This document shows, piece by piece, positions 47,850-58,020 of a stretch of DNA of 64,000 nt. Both the position numbers and the translations under genes were made by a program. The DNA lies in NCBI GenBank assembly GCA_050952625.1, contig JBMNLH010000001.1:192001-256000 (forward strand), read 5' to 3'. Below the pieces are notes generated by a model. The model was not told the DNA's origin, made no database searches, and saw nothing but the letters and a program-made list of their open reading frames with translations. The stretch is from Bacillota bacterium (GTDB lineage: Bacteria; Bacillota; Ch66; Ch109). The number at the start of each line of letters is the position of its first letter. Position 1 is the stretch's first letter.

Positions 47850-50800
47850 ATGCCACAGATCTGGCGGATTCGCCTGGCTAATATCGAGTATGACGGCGGA
47901 AAAAAGGTTTATACTGATGAACTGTTTCGGCTGCGGGGCAAGAATGGCCTGATTAATCTGGCTAACGGCGGGGGCAAGACCCTGTTGGTGCAGTTGCTGC
48001 TGCAAGCGGTTTTGCCCAATGAAAGCTTTAATAAACGGCGCGTAGTAGACCTGCTGGCCAACAAAAGGTATACCGGGCATATTGCCGTAGAATGGCGGCT
48101 GGACAGCCCGGAAACGGAATTTTTAACTACTGGCTTTTGTTTTACCCGGGGAGCTGAGGAAGACGGCCGGCTGCGCTATTTCATGTATACAATCCAGTAC
48201 ACGCAGCCTAATGAATTTGATGTTAAAAATCTGCCCTTGGTCAAAAAGCAGGTACCCGTCGCCTATGCGGAACTGTTACACCTATTGCGGCAGAATACCG
48301 GTTCTTCGGAAGCGCGGATTAGTGTCTTTGATCAGGACGATAAGTATCGCGCCTACTGGCAGGAACTGCGGACGTTTAATATCTTCGGCAAGGAATGGAA
48401 AAATATCAAGACCATTAATAACCGGGAAGGCGGCGTGGCCGAATTTTTCAGCGGAGCTTCAACCACCAAGCAGTTGCTGGAGCACCTGATCATTCCCGCG
48501 GTCGAAGGAGCGATCTTTGACTCCGAAAAGGAAGCCCAGGAATTGACCCAGTCTTTCTGGCAGTATTATCAAAGCCTGATGCGCATCCCGGAGTTGCAAA
48601 AAAATTTGGAGAGTTTTCAGGTGCTGCGCCAGGGTGGGGAAGCAGTGCTGCAGGAGGTCCGCACCTATGCCCGCAGCAGTGACCAACTAGTGCAGGTCAA
48701 ACAGCAGTTAGGCCAGCTTTTTGGGCAGGTGTTAACTGAGCTGGAATTAACCCTAACCGAACGGCAGCAGGTCGAGGAACAATTGGGAACTCTTAGCCAG
48801 CGGCAGGGCCAGTTGGAGTACCAAGCTGAAAGTCTGGAGCACGCTCGTCTGTTTCGGCAGTTAACCGAAGGCCGAAGTAAAATGGCTGAGCTGGAAAATA
48901 GCCTGAAAGCAAGCCGCAAGCAGGAACAGGCAGCGGATTATCGTTGGCGTCTGGCCAAAGGACAGAACCGATTTTTGGATATTCAGGAGTTGATCGGGGA
49001 GATAAAAGGCTGGGAGCAGGCTCGGGAAATCCAGAGCCAGGGCCACGAGGAGCAGCTTGCTCAATTGGATAGCTACCGGGCTACCGTGCGGCAACGACTG
49101 ACTGAACTTCAACAGGCCCGGCAGCAACAGTATGTCGAACTGACTACCCGACAACAGCAGCACCAAGCGGAGCAAACCAGCTTAAAACAGACCAGGACCG
49201 CATTATTGGCGGAAAAGGACCAGCTGAGCCGCCGGATTGGTGCCCTGCACACCCAGAAGGAACACTACAGTAAACGGTATGATGAAATGTGGCAAACCTA
49301 CCAGAACCTGCTCTGGTTGGAGGACCCGGCCGCCGCCCTGACAGAACTCACGGCAGAATTGGCGCGAACTCAAGATCAGTGGCAGCAGGCCCGGCAAGAA
49401 AAGGAAGAACTGCTGGCAGCCGAACAGGATCTGACCAATCAGCTGCGGCACCAGGATGCTCTGATTATGCGCCAGCAAGCGGAAGTAACTGCCGCGGAAC
49501 AAGCCGCCCAAGACTATCAGGAAACCTTGGTCCAGGTGCAGGAGATGCTCCAGCGGCACTCGATTACCGCTAAGGAGCCCTTTGCTGAGCGGAGCCGTCT
49601 GGAAAGTCAGCTGCTCAGCCTTTCCCTAACGCTTCAGGCCCAGCAGACGCGGGAGGGGGCGGAGATCAGCCGTCTGGAGGAACAACTTCATTTATTGACC
49701 CAGTACGATTTTTATGTTCCCAATTATGAGTTGCTGGCCCTGCAAAAAACCCTGCAGGAAATCGGCGTTATCGCTAAACCGGGCAGTCAGTGGCTGCAGG
49801 ATTTACAGATTGAAGAGGCGCAGCGAGCCGCTTACCTGCGGCATAACCCGCTCTTGCCCTATGCCCTGGTTCTGACCGAGGCGGATTTTAAACAGCTGCA
49901 GAATCGGCGGGGGATGTGGCGGGAACTGGTGTTAAACTGTCCGGTACCGCTGGTGGTCCGCAGTCCGGAATTAACGCCGGTCGAGACTGAAACTGCTGGG
50001 GATTGGCTGCCGCTAGATGAAAGAAACACCTATGTTGTCTGGCACAAGGGTTATCGTTACGCCGTTTCTCCGGCTCTGCTGGCTCTGGAACAGCCGGGCC
50101 TTGAGGAACAACTGGAGCGGAAAAACCAGATCCTGGCTAATCTCCGTCTCAGCCAGGAGGCTGTGGTACGGACCGGGGATAGGCTGCAGCAGTTTTATTG
50201 CACTTATACCGTTGATTCAGCCAACCACATCCAGGAGCAGCTGACCCATACCCGGCAGGTTCTGGCCGAATCCCTGAGCACCCGCGAAACCATGGAAACT
50301 AGGCAGCAGCAGTTGCAGGAACGCCGGCCTCAATTGGAAGCGGAATTGGAAAAACTCCGGGAGCGGCTCAACCAGATTGAGGTCAGTCAACAGCACTTTC
50401 AACAGTGGCAGCTTGACCGGGAACAGCAACTGCAAATCTTGACCGAACTCGAACAACTACGCCAATTAGAGAAACAGCAACAGACGGCCGAACAGGAGTT
50501 GGAGGAAAAACTGAACCGGCTGGAACAGCAGATCCTCACGACTCAAGGCAGTATTAGTCAACTAGAAGGAACCCTGACCCAGCTCCAGGAAAAACTAGTT
50601 AATACCCCTCACCCGAATCAGCCGGCTGCTCTGGTGTTGGATGTGCCTTATGAGCAGGCGGACAGCGTCTTAAAGGAACTGGAAAAGCAGGTCAATCAGG
50701 CAGCTTCGCAGATTACAGCCTATGATGACTTGATTAGCCGCAATCGACAGCAGATTGCCAAGTTGGAACGCGAGATTCAGAAGGAGCTAAAATTGACGCT

Positions 50801-52244
50801 GGAGGAAGTCGCGGAGGCCAAGCAGCGAACCACTGAGTTTGACCTGGATCGGTTAGAAAAAGAGGTTGGTGAGTTGACCCGGCGGGTTGAGCAAGAGCGG
50901 GAAGCGGTCAGACTCCAGAACGATAAGGTCCTGAAGATGGAAGGTCAGGCTGAGGAGAGGACGACGACAATCTGGAAGAAGTATGGTCAGCTGCCTTACG
51001 CCGAATTTGGCGATCTTGACCGGGACGCAGCGCGGATTAAGGCGGACCAGCAGGAAACAGAACGACAGCTCAAGGAAACCCAACTTAGGCGTCGGCAAGT
51101 GGAGGAAAGCGAAAACCTGTTAGATAAGATGCGGGAAAAATTGCAGGATAACCTGAGTCGGTTTAAAGTGGCGGAGGCCGGCGCACCGATGGCCGCGGAG
51201 GAATGGGCTCAGGTCAAACCGCGGTTGCGCTTGGTGGTGGAAGAACAACTGGGCCGTCTGGAAGCCTTGCATGATCGGATTCAGGCCCAGCGCGAGCAGG
51301 TAAGTCGAGCCTACCGGCAATACACTCAAGTGCTAAAAGAACAGAATAATCAGGTGTTGAATAAGTTCTTGAATCACCTATTGGCGGATGAAAGTCGGCA
51401 GTTCGATCTGCCGGCCATTGAGACTTCCTTTGCAAAATGTTTTGAGACCCTGGACAACTACGAGCAAAAGGTGCGCTACGATCTTCAGGAATGTGAACGG
51501 CACAAACAACTGCTGGTGGAAAGGTGCGTTAAACAGGCGGAACGGATTGCCGCGGAAATAAAAACGATTGACCGTTACGTCAAGGTAGATTACGCCGGGC
51601 AGACGGTCAGTGCCGTACAGATCAAGCTGAAAGACTGGGAGCCGGCGAACGCCCCGGTATTGATGGATAGTCACCTGGAGGCTTGCATCCTGAAACTGAA
51701 AGAGATGAGCCAGGAACCGGTCGAGAAGTTGGAACGGTACATCCGCAATCAACTATCCTCCCGGCAGCTGTTGGATGTATTAGCTAACCTAAACCAGGGT
51801 GTGGTTAAGGTGCTCAAGCCGGACGAACACCCGGTCTCGCCCCGGTATGACCAGTGGGACAACGTGGAGAAGTGGTCCGGGGGTGAACGATTTGCGGGTT
51901 ATATGGCCATGTTCATGGCCATCTTGAGTTATACCCGCAGCAAGCTGAGTAGTCTGCGCAACCCCCATAAGGTCCTGGTGGCCGACAACCCGTTTGGGGC
52001 CGCCTCGTCTGCGCACGTGCTTAATCTGGTTTTTCAGATTGCCGCTAATAATAATATCCAGATGCTCTGCCTGACGGCCCTGACTGAGGAAACAATCTTC
52101 AGTTACTTCCCGGTTGTTTACAGCCTGAAGCTGCGTCAGTTCATGGGCAAAGACTATATCCAGTCCCAAATGGAAAAAGGCTTTTACCAGATTGATCCTT
52201 TGGAAGAAGAACTAATCCGACGCCGCCAAATGACCCTCTTCTAG
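47850..52244 (+). CDS. jetC: Wadjet JetC SMC-family ATPase
   Basis: Walker A NLANGGGKT, long coiled coils, signature WSGGE and Walker B VLVADNPFG. Confidence 0.9.
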   Translation: MPQIWRIRLANIEYDGGKKVYTDELFRLRGKNGLINLANGGGKTLLVQLLLQAVLPNESFNKRRVVDLLANKRYTGHIAVEWRLDSPETEFLTTGFCFTRGAEEDGRLRYFMYTIQYTQPNEFDVKNLPLVKKQVPVAYAELLHLLRQNTGSSEARISVFDQDDKYRAYWQELRTFNIFGKEWKNIKTINNREGGVAEFFSGASTTKQLLEHLIIPAVEGAIFDSEKEAQELTQSFWQYYQSLMRIPELQKNLESFQVLRQGGEAVLQEVRTYARSSDQLVQVKQQLGQLFGQVLTELELTLTERQQVEEQLGTLSQRQGQLEYQAESLEHARLFRQLTEGRSKMAELENSLKASRKQEQAADYRWRLAKGQNRFLDIQELIGEIKGWEQAREIQSQGHEEQLAQLDSYRATVRQRLTELQQARQQQYVELTTRQQQHQAEQTSLKQTRTALLAEKDQLSRRIGALHTQKEHYSKRYDEMWQTYQNLLWLEDPAAALTELTAELARTQDQWQQARQEKEELLAAEQDLTNQLRHQDALIMRQQAEVTAAEQAAQDYQETLVQVQEMLQRHSITAKEPFAERSRLESQLLSLSLTLQAQQTREGAEISRLEEQLHLLTQYDFYVPNYELLALQKTLQEIGVIAKPGSQWLQDLQIEEAQRAAYLRHNPLLPYALVLTEADFKQLQNRRGMWRELVLNCPVPLVVRSPELTPVETETAGDWLPLDERNTYVVWHKGYRYAVSPALLALEQPGLEEQLERKNQILANLRLSQEAVVRTGDRLQQFYCTYTVDSANHIQEQLTHTRQVLAESLSTRETMETRQQQLQERRPQLEAELEKLRERLNQIEVSQQHFQQWQLDREQQLQILTELEQLRQLEKQQQTAEQELEEKLNRLEQQILTTQGSISQLEGTLTQLQEKLVNTPHPNQPAALVLDVPYEQADSVLKELEKQVNQAASQITAYDDLISRNRQQIAKLEREIQKELKLTLEEVAEAKQRTTEFDLDRLEKEVGELTRRVEQEREAVRLQNDKVLKMEGQAEERTTTIWKKYGQLPYAEFGDLDRDAARIKADQQETERQLKETQLRRRQVEESENLLDKMREKLQDNLSRFKVAEAGAPMAAEEWAQVKPRLRLVVEEQLGRLEALHDRIQAQREQVSRAYRQYTQVLKEQNNQVLNKFLNHLLADESRQFDLPAIETSFAKCFETLDNYEQKVRYDLQECERHKQLLVERCVKQAERIAAEIKTIDRYVKVDYAGQTVSAVQIKLKDWEPANAPVLMDSHLEACILKLKEMSQEPVEKLERYIRNQLSSRQLLDVLANLNQGVVKVLKPDEHPVSPRYDQWDNVEKWSGGERFAGYMAMFMAILSYTRSKLSSLRNPHKVLVADNPFGAASSAHVLNLVFQIAANNNIQMLCLTALTEETIFSYFPVVYSLKLRQFMGKDYIQSQMEKGFYQIDPLEEELIRRRQMTLF

Positions 52245-52275
52245 CCACGGGGACGGTTCTCTTGGCCGGGATTAA

Positions 52276-52539
52276 ATTATCTTATTCGGCTCACGAGCGG
52301 AGGGAGATTTTGGCAAAGATAGTGATTATGACCTCTGCATTATTAAAAATGAAGTTAAACATCGGCGCAGGATGGCTCAAAGTCTTTATAAATCACTGTA
52401 TGGAATCGGTGTACCGGTTGACATAATTGTTGAAACTCCAGAAAGATTTGAAGAATTAAGAGAGAATCCTTTTTTAATCTACCGGGATATCGCCAGGAAC
52501 GGGAGGGTGGTTTATGAAAAACCAGACTCTCGTACATGA
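52276..52539 (+). pseudogene. MNT minimal nucleotidyltransferase antitoxin remnant (5'-truncated)
   Basis: Reads IILFGSRAEGDFGKDSDYDLCII...VPVDIIVETPERFEE...GRVVYEK; no start codon, in-frame stop immediately upstream. Confidence 0.8.
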
Positions 52540-52614
52540 TTGGTTAAGAAGGCCTTTATTATCGCTGAAAACGTTATTGTTTGGATCGAAAAGATATTGG
52601 CCGCAACCGAATAA
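52514..52614 (+). pseudogene. Internally deleted HEPN toxin remnant
   Basis: SD plus MKNQTLVHDWLRR joined out of frame to AFIIAENVIVWIEKIL-stop; these resemble the two ends of a HEPN protein. Confidence 0.6.
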
Positions 52615-52632
52615 AGGAGCAGGTGACGTTGC

Positions 52633-55600
52633 GTGAACTTTGTCGCTGACTTGCATATCCATTCCCACTATTCCCGGGCAACCAGCCGGGACTGTAACCC
52701 GGAGAATCTGCAGCAATGGGCAATTTATAAAGGCATTACTCTTCTGGGCACCGGTGATTTTACCCATCCGGCGTGGCGGGAGGAACTAAGGTCCAAACTA
52801 GAGCCGGCAGAGGAAGGGTTTTACCGTCTGCGCCAGGAGTTTTGCCAGCCGGGTCTGGTGGAACCGCCCGGTAGCCCGGCTGTTCGCTTCGTTGTTTCCG
52901 GGGAGATTAGCACGATCTATAAAAAAGGGGGGCGGGTGCGCAAAGTCCATCATCTGTTGGTTTTGCCGAGCCTGGAAGCAGCGGATGAACTCAGTCGCCG
53001 GCTGGAGGGCATCGGTAATATCCGTTCGGATGGACGGCCGATCCTTGGTTTGGACAGCCGCCATCTCTTAGAAATGGCCTTGGAAGTCTGCCCGGACGTC
53101 ATCTTTATCCCCGCTCATATCTGGACCCCGCATTTTTCTGTTTTTGGGGCCAATTCCGGTTTTGATACGTTAGAAGAGTGTTTTGAAGACCTGACGGAGT
53201 ATATATTTGCCGCCGAAACCGGTCTGTCGTCGGATCCGCCGATGAATTGGCGAGTCTCTGCCTTGGATCGGCTGACCCTGGTTTCTAATTCGGATGCCCA
53301 TTCTCCCCGGAACCTGGCGCGGGAGGCAAATCTTTTTGCGACCGACCTTGCTTATTCGGCCATCCGAGCAGCCCTGCGCGAACGCGACCCCGCTCGCTTT
53401 TTAGGCACCCTGGAGTTCTACCCGGAAGAAGGCAAATATCATTATGATGGGCATCGGGCTTGTCAGGTCCGGTGGGAGCCGGCCCAAACCCGGGCCGCAG
53501 AAAGAATCTGTCCTTACTGCGGTCGAAAGGTAACGGTCGGGGTTCTTCATCGGGTCGAGGAACTAGCGGACCGGCCGGTGGGGTATCGGCCAGCCAACGT
53601 TCCGCCCTTTGAGAGCTTGGTGCCTTTGCCCGAGATTATTGCTGCGGCCTTGGGGGTTGGGGCCCAGAGTAAGAAGGTAGAACAGCATTATTTCTCGATG
53701 CTCGCCCAACTGGGGCCGGAGCTGGTGATCCTGCGCGAAACACCCCTGGAACAGGTGGCCGCGGCCGGTGGGGTATTGGTAGCGGAGGCAATCCGGCGGA
53801 TGCGGGCCGGGGAGGTGGAGACCTTGCCTGGTTTTGACGGGGAATACGGGAAGATAATCCTGCTACGGCCAGAAGAAAGGCAGCAGCTTCTGGGACAGGG
53901 TAGTTTGTTTGAGGAGACGCTCCCGAAGGCAGAGGTAAAGGCAAAAACTCGTAAAACAAGGTCTAAGGCGGACAGACATGATAGTGCACAGGTCGGGAGT
54001 TCTAAAATCGATGCTAATCAGACTGAGGCTTTAGGACCAGAGACTGCCGGAGCGGCATCCTCTCGAAACGATGCGGAGACCGCAAAATCCATAAATTCTC
54101 GTTCTGCAGCTGCGGATACCTCTCGGGAGGGGTTGCTAACTAAGGATGATAAGAGTCTTTCAGTACCTTTAATCGGCTTGGCGAACAATGAGGAAGTATC
54201 TGATGTCAGGTTAACCCGTTACGACGGCCGGCCGGTCTTTGGTGAGGCGTGTGAGGAAGCATCTGATGCCAGGTTAACCGCAGTGGGCGAGGCAATGCTG
54301 GATTTAGTGGCTGCGGGAGTTGATCCAGAACTAAGTTCCACGTTCACTCCGGCTAACGGTCCCGAAATCCTGGCCAGTCTGAATCCAGAACAGCGGGAGG
54401 CTGTGACTGCCGAGGAAGGGCCGGTGATCGTTATCGCCGGTCCAGGTACCGGCAAGACCCGTACCTTGGTCCACCGGATTGCTTATTTGATTAAAGAACG
54501 GGAGGTTTCACCCCACCAGATTACCGCCGTAACCTTTACTAATAAAGCCGCCCAAGAGATTCGCCACCGGCTGACAGAAATCCTAGGTGATAGGGCAATA
54601 GTTCGGGCTATAACTATTGGGACGTTTCACAGCATCTGCCTGGATTTGCTCCGTACTCAGAGGAATAACGAGGGTTTAGTTGTGCTTGATGCCATAGATG
54701 CCCAGGATCTACTTCAGGAGGCCTGGCCGGAGGGCGATAAAAAGAGGGTTAAAGGACTACCCAAGATCCACCGGGAGATTTCCTTTCTCAAAAGCGGTGG
54801 GCATACCTTTTCCTCTCCAGCGGTTCCCGTAGAACTGCGTTCCCTTTATCAGGCCTACCAGGAGAGGCTGGCCGAGTACGGTGCCCTCGATTACGACGAT
54901 ATTCTGCTGGAAGCGGTTGATCTATGTGAAACCTGGCGGAAAGCCTCGGATAGTACAGCCACCGAACATGAGGAGTTAACTCGGTTTACCCACCTCCTGG
55001 TCGATGAATTTCAGGATGTTAACCCGGTCCAGTATCGGCTGGTTAAAGCCTGGGCCGGGCAAGGAGCTAATACCTTTGTGATTGGTGATCCGGACCAGGC
55101 CATTTATGGTTTTCGCGGGGCTGACTACCGGTTTTTCGGGCGGCTGAAGGAAGACTATCCGGCAGCGCGGGTTTGCCGGCTCACCTTAAACTACCGCTCC
55201 ACCCCGACCATACTGCGGGCCGCCTCGGGAGTGGTGGCTAATAACCCGGAAAACCAGCTTCTCGCGGACGGAGAGCGAGACTTAATAGCCACGCATAATA
55301 CACGAAAAACAACGGACCATGTTCTTGCTGATGGCGACACTGTGGCCGAGACCCGGGGTAATTATGTAGAGCCATCTAAATTAACCCTTCTTACTGATGG
55401 CGACACTGTGGCCGAGACCGCACCGGTAGACAGAGCATCTACCCGGGAAAGCCTTGATGATAAGGCGGCCGAGGAGTCGCTGCCAGCTTCTAAACCAGCC
55501 CCACAATTGAGACCGGTCCGCCAACACGACGGCAAAATTCAGCACTGGGAAGTGGCCAGTGAGCTGGCCGAGGGGATTGCTATTGTTCAGGAAATTAACC

Positions 55601-56784
55601 GTTTGGTCGGAGGAGCGACTATGCTTCAATCCCACGGTCAGGGCGGCGGTTTGTCTGCGCGGAACCGGAAAGCCGGGGAAGAAGAAGCTCGAGGGTTCTC
55701 TGATATAGCTGTTCTTTTTCGGACCAGTCGCCAAGGAGAGCAATTGGAGGAGTGTTTCCTGAGGGAAGGAATCCCCTACCGGGTAGTTGGTCGCGAAAGC
55801 TTCCTGGCTGAGCGGGAGGTGCGAGAGGTTCTGGCGTTTTGCCGGTGTTTAGTTGACCCAGAAGATGATTTTCACCTGATCCGTTGTCTAGGTTCGACAG
55901 TTTTTGGCCTCGGTCGGTCAGGGATATCCCTGGTCCGCGAAAAAGCCCGGCAGATCGGGGGCTCAGCCTGGCAGGCGATCATCGATTTAACAGAAAGTCA
56001 GTTCTCGTCCCCATCGGCGGTCATTAACAAGCTAGCCGCCTTGCGCGATTTAATGAATAAATACCGATCCCTGATGATGTCTGAACCACCTGGATCGCTG
56101 CTGTCCCGCTGGATTGAGGAGCATCAGCCAAAGATAAAGCGACCGGAATCCCTTTATCGGCTGCAAAGGGTAGCTTCTCGGTTTAACGACTTACCCTCTT
56201 TTCTAGCGCAACTCGTTCTGGGTCAGGAAGTCGATCATGAACGTCCGGGAAGCAATGTTCTAACGGCTGAGGTCGTAACCCTGATGACCTTGCATGCTGC
56301 CAAAGGGTTGGAGTTTCCGGTGGTTTTCATTACCGGGGTAGAAAAAGGGTTGTTGCCGCTTAAAGAGTGGCGAACTCAAGAAAAGCAGGATAAAGTGCGA
56401 AGCGGTAATACAGTCGAGCAGAAGGAAGCGGCACCTTGTAAAGAAGAGCAAAGTAAAGAGGAGCTAGCTCATAATCAGGACCAAGGCCAAGACCAGAACC
56501 AGGGCCAGAAGGGGAGGGCAGAAATCAAGCAAGTTGTGACACTAGCCGAGGAGGCCCTAGCCGAAGAACGTCGGTTGTTCTACGTGGGACTGACCCGGGC
56601 TAAGGATCAACTGATCCTGGTCACGGCCAAGAACCGGAACCGGCCGGGAAAGAAGGCTTCTACTCAACCGTCCCCTTTCCTTCGGGAGATCCCTCCAGAT
56701 TGCCTGGAGCACAAAGACTGGGATACCCAGACCTGGCGAAAAAGTGATGGTAGCGAAAATATTAAGCAGCTTAGCTTGTTTTAA
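52633..56784 (+). CDS. Endonuclease Q-family PHP domain fused to a UvrD/PcrA-type SF1A helicase
   Basis: DLHIHSHYS, PAHIWTP, SNSDAHS and GKYHYDGHRAC...CPYC; AGPGTGKT, VDEFQD, GDPDQAIYGFRG, TLHAAKGLEF and EERRLFYVGLTRA. Confidence 0.92.
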   Translation: MNFVADLHIHSHYSRATSRDCNPENLQQWAIYKGITLLGTGDFTHPAWREELRSKLEPAEEGFYRLRQEFCQPGLVEPPGSPAVRFVVSGEISTIYKKGGRVRKVHHLLVLPSLEAADELSRRLEGIGNIRSDGRPILGLDSRHLLEMALEVCPDVIFIPAHIWTPHFSVFGANSGFDTLEECFEDLTEYIFAAETGLSSDPPMNWRVSALDRLTLVSNSDAHSPRNLAREANLFATDLAYSAIRAALRERDPARFLGTLEFYPEEGKYHYDGHRACQVRWEPAQTRAAERICPYCGRKVTVGVLHRVEELADRPVGYRPANVPPFESLVPLPEIIAAALGVGAQSKKVEQHYFSMLAQLGPELVILRETPLEQVAAAGGVLVAEAIRRMRAGEVETLPGFDGEYGKIILLRPEERQQLLGQGSLFEETLPKAEVKAKTRKTRSKADRHDSAQVGSSKIDANQTEALGPETAGAASSRNDAETAKSINSRSAAADTSREGLLTKDDKSLSVPLIGLANNEEVSDVRLTRYDGRPVFGEACEEASDARLTAVGEAMLDLVAAGVDPELSSTFTPANGPEILASLNPEQREAVTAEEGPVIVIAGPGTGKTRTLVHRIAYLIKEREVSPHQITAVTFTNKAAQEIRHRLTEILGDRAIVRAITIGTFHSICLDLLRTQRNNEGLVVLDAIDAQDLLQEAWPEGDKKRVKGLPKIHREISFLKSGGHTFSSPAVPVELRSLYQAYQERLAEYGALDYDDILLEAVDLCETWRKASDSTATEHEELTRFTHLLVDEFQDVNPVQYRLVKAWAGQGANTFVIGDPDQAIYGFRGADYRFFGRLKEDYPAARVCRLTLNYRSTPTILRAASGVVANNPENQLLADGERDLIATHNTRKTTDHVLADGDTVAETRGNYVEPSKLTLLTDGDTVAETAPVDRASTRESLDDKAAEESLPASKPAPQLRPVRQHDGKIQHWEVASELAEGIAIVQEINRLVGGATMLQSHGQGGGLSARNRKAGEEEARGFSDIAVLFRTSRQGEQLEECFLREGIPYRVVGRESFLAEREVREVLAFCRCLVDPEDDFHLIRCLGSTVFGLGRSGISLVREKARQIGGSAWQAIIDLTESQFSSPSAVINKLAALRDLMNKYRSLMMSEPPGSLLSRWIEEHQPKIKRPESLYRLQRVASRFNDLPSFLAQLVLGQEVDHERPGSNVLTAEVVTLMTLHAAKGLEFPVVFITGVEKGLLPLKEWRTQEKQDKVRSGNTVEQKEAAPCKEEQSKEELAHNQDQGQDQNQGQKGRAEIKQVVTLAEEALAEERRLFYVGLTRAKDQLILVTAKNRNRPGKKASTQPSPFLREIPPDCLEHKDWDTQTWRKSDGSENIKQLSLF

Positions 56785-56798
56785 GGGGGGAGATCTGC

Positions 56799-57908
56799 AT
56801 GGGTCATATCGTTAACGCCAAAGAAGAGGTTTACCGGGCTCTGGCCGAGCGACTGAATCGAAATCCGGTCGGGGTACCCGTAAATGAGGGGTTAATGGAG
56901 ATCCTGCACCGCCTGTATTCGGAAAGCGAGGCCCTGGTGGGCAGCAAGTTTCCCTTGTTGCCGATGCCCGCCGACAAAATCGCTAGTCTGACCGGGATCA
57001 AAACCGAGGAACTGACCGGAATCCTGGATAGGATGGCGGACAAGGGGTTGGTGCTGGAGTTGCCTCGCCGGGAGCGTACTTTCTACATGCTAGCCCCGAT
57101 GGTGGTTGGTTTCTTTGAATATACCTTTATGCGGGTGCGAGACACGGTGAACATGCGGGAGCTGGCCGAGCTCTTTGAAGCCTACTTTCAGAGTGAAGAG
57201 GTAAAAAAGGAGTTTTTCGGCGGAGATACCAAAATGTTTAAGACCCTGGTTTATGAGCGGGTGATCCCAGCGGCGGTAGAGACTGAAGTATTGGACTATG
57301 AGCGGGCCTCGCAAATTATTCGCCAGTCTGGTGGCGGGGTCTTGTCGATGTGTTCCTGTCGGCATAAGGCTAGTCACTTAGGTCAGGCCTGTGACGCACC
57401 GCTGGAAGTGTGTACCTCCCTGGGTGAGTCTGCGAACTGGCTAGTCCGCCGGGGAATGGGTAAACCGGCCTCAGTGGATGAAATGCTGCGGGTGCTGGAT
57501 CAGACCGAAAAGCTGGGCTTGGTTCACTTGGGCGATAACGTCCTGAATAAACCTAGCTATATCTGTCACTGCTGCGGTTGCTGCTGTCTGATTATGCGCT
57601 CGATTAAGGAATCCGGCGATAAAGCCGTTCATCCGAGTAATTTTCAACCGATATTGAACCAGGATCTTTGTACCGGTTGCGGGATTTGTGCGGAAAGCTG
57701 TCCCATTCAAGCCATTGCTCTGGAGGTGGATGGAAGCGGAACGGAAGTACCCTCCGTGAACATTGAACATTGTATCGGTTGTGGCGGATGTGCGTCTGCC
57801 TGCCCGACCGAGGCCATGACTATGTCACGCCGTTCAGTTATCCATGTCCCTCCGGTCAACAAGCGAGAGCAGTTTGCTCGCATCAGTCAGGAAAAAGGCA
57901 GAGGATAA
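56799..57908 (+). CDS. 4Fe-4S dicluster domain protein
   Basis: CSCRH and ICHCCGCCC motifs; two CxxCxxCxxxCP motifs. Confidence 0.88.
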   Translation: MGHIVNAKEEVYRALAERLNRNPVGVPVNEGLMEILHRLYSESEALVGSKFPLLPMPADKIASLTGIKTEELTGILDRMADKGLVLELPRRERTFYMLAPMVVGFFEYTFMRVRDTVNMRELAELFEAYFQSEEVKKEFFGGDTKMFKTLVYERVIPAAVETEVLDYERASQIIRQSGGGVLSMCSCRHKASHLGQACDAPLEVCTSLGESANWLVRRGMGKPASVDEMLRVLDQTEKLGLVHLGDNVLNKPSYICHCCGCCCLIMRSIKESGDKAVHPSNFQPILNQDLCTGCGICAESCPIQAIALEVDGSGTEVPSVNIEHCIGCGGCASACPTEAMTMSRRSVIHVPPVNKREQFARISQEKGRG

Positions 57909-57960
57909 ATTAATTTGTTAGTAAGAAATAAGCCAGGAACTAATCCTGGCTAAAATGTCG

Positions 57961-57994
57961 TTGACACATATCCCAAACCGGACTAAAATAGTCC
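57961..57994 (+). promoter_or_regulatory. SigA promoter with overlapping palindromic operator (probable Rrf2 site); second site at 58740-58754
   Basis: TTGACA-N17-TAAAAT with ggactaaaatagtcc over the -10; agactatatttgtcc upstream of hcp. Confidence 0.65.
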
Positions 57995-58020
57995 TATAAG
58001 ATAGAAGGTGCTGTGACAGA

